Positions 57,765 to 64,000 of a stretch of DNA of 64,000 bases are shown piece by piece (the first letter of the stretch is position 1; each line of letters begins with the position of its first letter). The DNA is from Nitrosopumilus sp. GTDB lineage: Archaea; Thermoproteota; Nitrososphaeria; Nitrososphaerales; Nitrosopumilaceae. The stretch is taken from assembly GCA_965206745.1 (NCBI GenBank), contig OZ242220.1:32001-96000 (forward strand). The letters are read 5' to 3'. Made by a program: the position numbers and the translations under genes. The notes below the pieces were generated by a model. It was not told where the DNA came from and made no database searches. It worked only from the letters and a program-made list of their open reading frames with translations.

Positions 57765-58415
57765 ATGCCAAACTTCGATAAGACTTGGGCTCGACAAGAG
57801 ACCCAAAGTGTAACTGGCAAACTCCGTGAAGCAGTAAAGCCTCAAGGTGCATTAAAACCACGAATCCAGACTGCAGTGAACAAACTACAGGTCCAAATCT
57901 CAAAAATGGACTCTATGTTAGGCAAGCTGCACGAAAGGGATGCGCAACTCTTTCAGAGGGTCGTGACTGCAATGCAGCAACATGATACTAGCACAAGTAG
58001 AGTTTTGTCCAACGAATTAGCTGAAATTCGTAAAGTTACAAAGATGCTCGGCAACGCAAGAATGTCATTAGAACAGGTTCAACTAAGACTGACAACTATT
58101 CATGATCTTGGTGACGCTATGGTGGCAATCGGACCGGCAATGTCTACAATGAAGGGATTGAAGTCATCGCTAGGAAGATTCATGCCAGAAGCTGATTCAG
58201 AATTGAACAGTATGACCCAGACACTCAATGGCCTGATGATGGATTCACTTGCAGGAGACTCGTTTAACATGGAGTCTGATGTTTCAAGTGAGGAAACTGA
58301 AAAGATTCTTCAGGAAGCATCTGCAGTAGCTGAGCAACAGATTGGAGATAAATTCCCATCTGTACCAACTTCAACCGGACTTTCGTCACAATCCTCTACT
58401 TCTACCTTTGAGTAG
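57765..58415 (+). CDS. cdvB: ESCRT-III/Snf7 family CdvB paralogue
   Basis: Highly similar to 25524-26171 (KP.GALKPR.Q, ERDA.LFQR.V, NELAE.RKVTK). Confidence 0.9.
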   Translation: MPNFDKTWARQETQSVTGKLREAVKPQGALKPRIQTAVNKLQVQISKMDSMLGKLHERDAQLFQRVVTAMQQHDTSTSRVLSNELAEIRKVTKMLGNARMSLEQVQLRLTTIHDLGDAMVAIGPAMSTMKGLKSSLGRFMPEADSELNSMTQTLNGLMMDSLAGDSFNMESDVSSEETEKILQEASAVAEQQIGDKFPSVPTSTGLSSQSSTSTFE

Positions 58416-58526
58416 GCCCGGTTATGACGAACAGTTCATTATTTTTGTTTTAATTTCTCAGAGTTCTCTGTATCAATCAGCCTGCCCCTGACTGGATCTT
58501 GCTGCAAGCAAATTCCCTGAAGACAC

Positions 58527-59996
58527 TCAGGGGTATGATATTGATTCGGAAATTACAGAGTCAAGCTCTGAAATTTTTATCCTGCTCTGTTCCATAGAGT
58601 CCCTCTTCCTGAAGGTTACTGTCTCATCTTTTAATGTCTGGTGATCGACAGTCACTGCAAACGGTGCACCGATCTCATCTAGTCTCCTGTACCTTCTTCC
58701 GATGGCCCCCGAATGGTCCAAAAATGCATCACACCTTCTCTTTATCTGCAGGTAGACTTCGTCTGTCTTTTCTTTGAGACCGTCTTTTTTGACAAGAGAC
58801 AGGATTCCCACGTGCATCGGTGCAAGGTACGGCCTTAATGACAGTACGATTCTCTGATGTTCCGTATCGTCTTTCAAACTGTGCTCCAAGATTGTGTAAA
58901 GGCTCCTGTCGATTCCCATGGATATCTCAAATACATGTGGCAGCACCTTCTCATCCCCGTCCATTATCTCAAATTTCTGCTTGCTCTTCTTCTCATGGCT
59001 AGTCAGATCATAGTCGGATCTATAATTGCATGCGACAAGCTCAAGCCATCCTATTGTGGTCTCTACCTCAAAATCAAATGCCACTGTGGCATAGAATGCC
59101 TTTTCCTTATCTCCGAGTTTCCTGAACCTGCTCTTTGTCATATCAATTCCCGTCTTTTCATAAAACTCACTCAAAATTCCCATATAGTATGCCACAAGCT
59201 TGTTTGGAACAATACCTGATTCCACTGCCTCCTTGCATGTCATGGGTACGGGATCCCCGTCTGTCTGAATCCTGATGGTCAGGTCCTGAATCTCTGAGAA
59301 CTTTTCCATCTCAGAGAGCCTGTCTGGATTGCAAAACACCTCGATCTCTGCCTGATAAAACTCCCTTAGACGAAGCAGGCTCTGCCTCGGGGCTATCTCG
59401 TTTCTAAAGCTCTTTCCCACCTGTGCAATTCCCAGAGGCAGCCTTCCCCTCATGGTCTTGTACAGTCTTGGAAAGTCCACAAAGATTGACTGGCATGTCT
59501 CCGGCCTAAGATACGCCTCCTCCTCTTCAGGACCAATGCCGACTTTGAACATCATGTTGAATTTTTTTGTCTTCTCAAAGTCCCCCTTGCACTTTGGACA
59601 CTTGATATTGTTCTGTGCGATTGCATCATCGAACTCTTCGGGCTCTGCCCTCTCTGCAATCTCAATCTGTGTGATCTCTGCGATGGTTCTGTCTGCCCTA
59701 AACGTGGCGCTGCATTTTGTACATTTGATTATCGGATCGGCAAAATTTCCCAAATGTCCTGATGCCTCAAACACTGATTTTGACATGATCTGCGATCCGT
59801 CAATTTCGAGCATCCCGTCCCTTCTGATTAACTCCCTTCTCCACAGCTCAAGGAACTTGTTTTTCAGGCCGACTCCAGACGGACCGTACTCCCAGAATCC
59901 TGCTTGCGCATCGGCATAAACTTCACAGCTAGGAAAGTAGAATCCGCGCTCAAGTGCTAGTTTCATCACTGCCTCATAGTCCATTGTCATGTTCAT
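58527..59996 (-). CDS. glyS: Glycyl-tRNA synthetase (alpha2 type)
   Basis: YLRPETCQ, GKSFRNEI.PR..L.RLREF.QAE, E.S.GIDR, IGRRYRR.DEIG. Confidence 0.95.
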   Translation of the reverse strand: MNMTMDYEAVMKLALERGFYFPSCEVYADAQAGFWEYGPSGVGLKNKFLELWRRELIRRDGMLEIDGSQIMSKSVFEASGHLGNFADPIIKCTKCSATFRADRTIAEITQIEIAERAEPEEFDDAIAQNNIKCPKCKGDFEKTKKFNMMFKVGIGPEEEEAYLRPETCQSIFVDFPRLYKTMRGRLPLGIAQVGKSFRNEIAPRQSLLRLREFYQAEIEVFCNPDRLSEMEKFSEIQDLTIRIQTDGDPVPMTCKEAVESGIVPNKLVAYYMGILSEFYEKTGIDMTKSRFRKLGDKEKAFYATVAFDFEVETTIGWLELVACNYRSDYDLTSHEKKSKQKFEIMDGDEKVLPHVFEISMGIDRSLYTILEHSLKDDTEHQRIVLSLRPYLAPMHVGILSLVKKDGLKEKTDEVYLQIKRRCDAFLDHSGAIGRRYRRLDEIGAPFAVTVDHQTLKDETVTFRKRDSMEQSRIKISELDSVISESISYP

Positions 59997-60015
59997 TCAC
60001 CCGTGAAATAAATTC

Positions 60016-60855
60016 CTACGCAAATCCCTTTGCAATCCTAACATTTTCAAAATCATCCCTGTCATCGTCAATTGGGGTCTCCAAGATTATGGGAATCTTT
60101 CTTTTGTTGGCAAACTTTACAACAGAGGAGATCCCCTCCTCTCCAATCCCGCCTAGTCCCAGATGGTAGTGCCTGTCAAGATTGCAGCCAAGCTCCCCCC
60201 TGGCATCGTTGAGATGAAGGATCTTCAAATTATCCAGTCCTACATGCTCATCAAACTCTGAAAATGTCTCTTTCACCTTCTCTCTAGTCCTTAAATCATA
60301 TCCTGCAACAAACGCATGACACGTATCTAGGCACACGCCAAACTTTTTTGCAGGTCCTAGCTGCTTGTATATCTCCCCCAGCTGCTTAAAATCAGAACCG
60401 ACTGAATTTTTTTGTCCTGCAGTATTCTCCAACAAAATGACCACGTCGTTTTTTGTTTTGGCAGCTCTTCTCAACCCCTCAACTAGTTTCTTGATGCCTG
60501 CCTCGTCTCCGGTACCCAGGTGGCTACCAAGATGCGTCACAAGATACGGGATTCCCAGCTGTGCGCACCTTTCTGTCTCAGCAATCAAGGTTTTGACAGA
60601 TTTTTCAAACCCGTCCTCCTTTGGTGTTGCAAGATTTGGCAGATATGGCATGTGCGCACATGTTGCAAACCTGTCAATCTTGCTTGCCTTTAGCTTTGCC
60701 TTGAAATTGTCAATGTCCTCTTTGGTAAGCGGCTTTGCGTGCCAGCCCCTTGGATTTCTTGTAAATATCTGAAATGCGGAGCATTTCCTCTCAACTGCAT
60801 TATCGACTGCCTTGTCAATGGAACCTGATATTGAAACATGACATCCTATCTGCAT
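60016..60855 (-). CDS. nfo: Endonuclease IV
   Basis: IGCHVS, QIFT.NPR.W, HMPY..NL, LENTAG, DTCH, HLND, DRH, ETP; start set at ATG 60855. Confidence 0.95.
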   Translation of the reverse strand: MQIGCHVSISGSIDKAVDNAVERKCSAFQIFTRNPRGWHAKPLTKEDIDNFKAKLKASKIDRFATCAHMPYLPNLATPKEDGFEKSVKTLIAETERCAQLGIPYLVTHLGSHLGTGDEAGIKKLVEGLRRAAKTKNDVVILLENTAGQKNSVGSDFKQLGEIYKQLGPAKKFGVCLDTCHAFVAGYDLRTREKVKETFSEFDEHVGLDNLKILHLNDARGELGCNLDRHYHLGLGGIGEEGISSVVKFANKRKIPIILETPIDDDRDDFENVRIAKGFA

Positions 60856-60939
60856 ACGCTTATTTTCCCAAAACATAATTTAAACCCGTGTCCAAATTCG
60901 AAAAATCAGATTTTTAAGTGAACTCGGTAAATTACTTTT

Positions 60940-61965
60940 ATGCTGGCACTTGGACAAGATGAGATTGCAAAATATCCGTTCCTGGCAGACGCCGGTGACT
61001 ATCTGAAGGACAAGGGATTTTCCATATATGATTTTGGAACCGATCCCGATCTGAAAATATCAGTGGATAAGGCATATCATAGGATAACAGTGGCCGCAGA
61101 TGGAAAAATTTACAACTCTGATCTGATAGACGGACAAGCATCAAAACCATATGTCCTGGAACGTGAGGTTTTCTCATTTCTTATTGCCATAGTTCTGATA
61201 AAGCTTTCAGGGATGCATACCTTGGTCAAGCGGTTTGCACTGGCAGAGGCTAGAAGAGCCGAGTCCTATCTGAAGAAAGACTTGGGAAGAGCTTCGAACC
61301 CGTCAGAGATTGATCTGTTAAAAAAAATAATTTTTGAGTTATCTGGGATTGAGATAGTCAAGAAGGATGATTTTTTTACAATATCCGTATCTGACTATCT
61401 CAAGCAGTCTGCAACTTTTTTTGAACGGGAGTGGAAACTAATCAATCGGCATGTAGAGGATGGAAAAGTGTTTCTCAACTCTGAAAAAATCGTAAGACTG
61501 CTTCGAAAGGAGATAGGAGTTTACATAAGCTCAAAAATAAACAAGGCGCCAATTCCTGAGATGATTCCGGGATTGGAGACTGAGATCAGCAACTTGATCT
61601 CACTTGCAAAAAAATTCACGCCAGTTTTTGTATCCACCGGGGAGTATCCGCCGTGCATCAAGCATGCAATAGGCGTCCTTGAAAAGGGCGAGAACCTTCC
61701 ACATTCTGGAAGATTCATGCTTGGAACTTTTCTACTGGCAAAGGGCCAATCCATAGAACAGATTGCACCGTTGTTCAAAAATGCACCTGATTACAATGAG
61801 CGCGTTACACTTTACCAGCTAAACAGTTTGGCAGGAACAGGCGGTGGTGGAACCCAGTACTCCTGTCCCTCATGTGAGAAATTACAAACCCAGAGTCTAT
61901 GTTTTGTTACACCTGACTGTGACAATATCATTAATCCCACACAATTTGGAAGGAGGAAAAAATAA
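60940..61965 (+). CDS. priL: DNA primase large subunit
   Basis: KYPFL, WKL.NR....GKV.L, PPCI, H..RF, PDYNE..T.YQ, CPSC.....C. Confidence 0.92.
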   Translation: MLALGQDEIAKYPFLADAGDYLKDKGFSIYDFGTDPDLKISVDKAYHRITVAADGKIYNSDLIDGQASKPYVLEREVFSFLIAIVLIKLSGMHTLVKRFALAEARRAESYLKKDLGRASNPSEIDLLKKIIFELSGIEIVKKDDFFTISVSDYLKQSATFFEREWKLINRHVEDGKVFLNSEKIVRLLRKEIGVYISSKINKAPIPEMIPGLETEISNLISLAKKFTPVFVSTGEYPPCIKHAIGVLEKGENLPHSGRFMLGTFLLAKGQSIEQIAPLFKNAPDYNERVTLYQLNSLAGTGGGGTQYSCPSCEKLQTQSLCFVTPDCDNIINPTQFGRRKK

Positions 61966-63095
61966 TGCAGGAATCAGATATGCAATTTCTAGAGAACTCA
62001 TTCAAAAAATACTACTTTGATCATTTTGATCAAATCAAGGTCCCGCAAAGGACGTCTGAAAGGGAGTTTGGCTATCAAAAGTTCAATTCGGGAATGATCC
62101 GCCACATATCCCTCAAGGATGACAAAGAGCTGCACCTGATGCTGATGAACAACATTCCATCTGATGTCTACTGTTCTAATGCATACTATACATTTCCCAA
62201 TCTGCCCATGAAGGACAAAGACTGGAAGGAGGCAGATCTCATCTTTGATATTGATGCAAAGGATCTTGACTTGCCATGCAGGAAAAATCACACGGTATCA
62301 ATCTGTAATGAGTGCAGTCAGGTCTCAAAGGACTCTGCACAATGTCCGGGATGTAACTCGACAAAACTGGAAAAAAAATCATTGCCATGCAAAGACTGCA
62401 TTGGCGCATCAAAATCCGAGGTCTCAAAGCTTCTCAAAGTTTTAGTTGATGATCTCGGAGCAGCCCGAGAAGACATCCAAGTATATTTTTCTGGAAATGA
62501 GGGGTTTCATGTTTATGTGTATAACTCACAGTTTCAAGGGATTGGTTCTAGAGAGAGGTCTGATCTGACTGATTATATTTTGTTCAAGGGCATGATTCCT
62601 GAGACATTTGGGATGAACAAACACAAACTTGACAAAAGTTCATTCCCAAACACCGATGAAAAGGGATGGAGGGGAAGATTTGCCAAAAAAGCATTTGGAT
62701 CCAAATCCCAACGCTCCAAGGTGATCTCCCAACTGGCTGGCAATACACAAGACGGCTATCTGACGTTCCAAAAAACTATCCGTGACACATCTGAGGATAT
62801 CGGGGTAAAGATTGATCCTAATGTTACTATGGACATTCATAGAATATTTAGACTGCCAGGCTCCATTAACAGCAAAAGCGGCCTTACAAAAACTCTGTGC
62901 AGTGATTTGACAAAGTTTGATCCCTATGCAGAAGCATCCTTTCTGAGCGATGACGAGGTAAAGGTTTTTGCAAACTCCCCAATAGAGTTCAAGCTGAAAA
63001 ATAAAAAATTTGGGCCATACGTAGATCAAGAGGCGACAGTTCCCACATATGCGGCAGTCTACATGATTTGCAAAAAACTAGCTAGAATAGCTTGA
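61965..63095 (+). CDS. priS: DNA primase small subunit
   Basis: REFG, LIFDIDA, FSG.EGFHV, ID..VT.D..R.FRLPGS.N.KSG. Confidence 0.95.
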   Translation: MQESDMQFLENSFKKYYFDHFDQIKVPQRTSEREFGYQKFNSGMIRHISLKDDKELHLMLMNNIPSDVYCSNAYYTFPNLPMKDKDWKEADLIFDIDAKDLDLPCRKNHTVSICNECSQVSKDSAQCPGCNSTKLEKKSLPCKDCIGASKSEVSKLLKVLVDDLGAAREDIQVYFSGNEGFHVYVYNSQFQGIGSRERSDLTDYILFKGMIPETFGMNKHKLDKSSFPNTDEKGWRGRFAKKAFGSKSQRSKVISQLAGNTQDGYLTFQKTIRDTSEDIGVKIDPNVTMDIHRIFRLPGSINSKSGLTKTLCSDLTKFDPYAEASFLSDDEVKVFANSPIEFKLKNKKFGPYVDQEATVPTYAAVYMICKKLARIA

Positions 63096-63142
63096 TTTTG
63101 CTGGTAAGACATTAATTTACCGAATCTTGAGAAGACATAGTT

Positions 63143-64000
63143 TTGTATAGCGCCACTACTGATAAGCAGACTCCGCCTCCTGATACTGGAAAATACATCA
63201 GATTAATCATCGTTGCAATCATTGGAATAGCAATTTTTGTCATGGTGGGAAAGCAAGCAGTCATTTTATCGATGAACTTTACAGAGTTCGGTGAACAGTT
63301 CACCAAACCCCTCTACTATACGCTTGTCTCTGCCCTAGTTCTGTCTGCCATTGCCCTGGTTCGAGTCAATGTTGGAAGAAGGTCCTCAATTTTCTGGTAT
63401 AGCATCAGCACTGGAATTAAATTTCTAGGTGGCGGTGGGCAGCAGCCAATCTCAAACACATTGGCAAGTTTTAGAGATCATAAATTATCTGCGCCACAGT
63501 TCATAATCTGGCAGATTACCAAGATCTTGCTTTTTGGGGCCTTCTTTGCAAACATCATGTTTGGATTTGCGGCAGTCTCGTTTATTGACGGAAACACCCT
63601 GGGAGTTGAAAATCTTCCATCGTTGTTTACCCTGCCCTTTGTAACTCCAGACACCGATCCAAACTATGCAGTAGAACATGTCGTTCCAATGATCCCCGCT
63701 TTGGTAATACTGATTCCGCCATTACTTGCAGCAACAGGCATTCGTCTAGTCCTGTATGTCGGAATACATAGAATAATCAACGTCATCACGTCTTTTATAA
63801 AAGACTCCAATGAGGGCAAACCAAGATATCTGAACTACGTTTCAACCATCGAGGGAATACTAGGCATCGGAGTAATATGGGTAGGGTTTAACCTATTTTT
63901 CACAGATCAGATTGACTACAATACGCGGTATGTAATCGGTGGCATACTGATCATTGGTTTTGCATTAATAGCATTTTCAGCTGTTGACAGAATCAGGGCC
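63143..64000 (+). CDS. UPF0182-family membrane protein (runs off the window end)
   Basis: TTG start MYSATTDKQTPPPDTGKYIRL..., multi-TM, reading frame appears open to the window end. Confidence 0.6.
   Translation, partial: MYSATTDKQTPPPDTGKYIRLIIVAIIGIAIFVMVGKQAVILSMNFTEFGEQFTKPLYYTLVSALVLSAIALVRVNVGRRSSIFWYSISTGIKFLGGGGQQPISNTLASFRDHKLSAPQFIIWQITKILLFGAFFANIMFGFAAVSFIDGNTLGVENLPSLFTLPFVTPDTDPNYAVEHVVPMIPALVILIPPLLAATGIRLVLYVGIHRIINVITSFIKDSNEGKPRYLNYVSTIEGILGIGVIWVGFNLFFTDQIDYNTRYVIGGILIIGFALIAFSAVDRIRA

Noticed and set aside
2288-63679. Numerous antisense or nested ORFs in the six-frame track
   Set aside because: They are shadows of well-supported genes on the opposite strand or frame, with no independent motifs.

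Overview
Chromosomal segment of an ammonia-oxidising archaeon of the Nitrosopumilus type (Thaumarchaeota/Nitrososphaerota). The assignment rests on cdc6 next to ORB repeats, PolD DP1, TFB, two CdvB/ESCRT-III paralogues, a CFI-box-CTERM protein and PriS/PriL. The window opens at the probable replication origin (about 1.7-2.15 kb). The rest is mostly housekeeping: Hsp20/Cdc48, sulfate assimilation, 7-deazaguanine synthesis (queE-folE, queC), cobalamin genes, AcnX, RqcH, GlyRS and primase. Three AT-rich accessory patches interrupt it, at about 22.7-24.5 kb, 35.2-37.3 kb and 44.8-50.7 kb. The main candidates for something new are: (1) a PyrE-like PRTase followed by a divergent TGT-fold protein lacking the canonical catalytic and zinc residues, plus a small Cys/His protein; (2) an origin-flanking module of DNA-binding proteins, one membrane-anchored, with arrays of GTGAT and TTAAC boxes; (3) a ~700 bp non-coding region with strong 10-bp helical phasing; (4) a GC-rich hairpin ncRNA candidate; (5) an island built from duplicated promoter/leader cassettes and direct repeats. 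All family calls come from motif recognition by eye; no database search was run.
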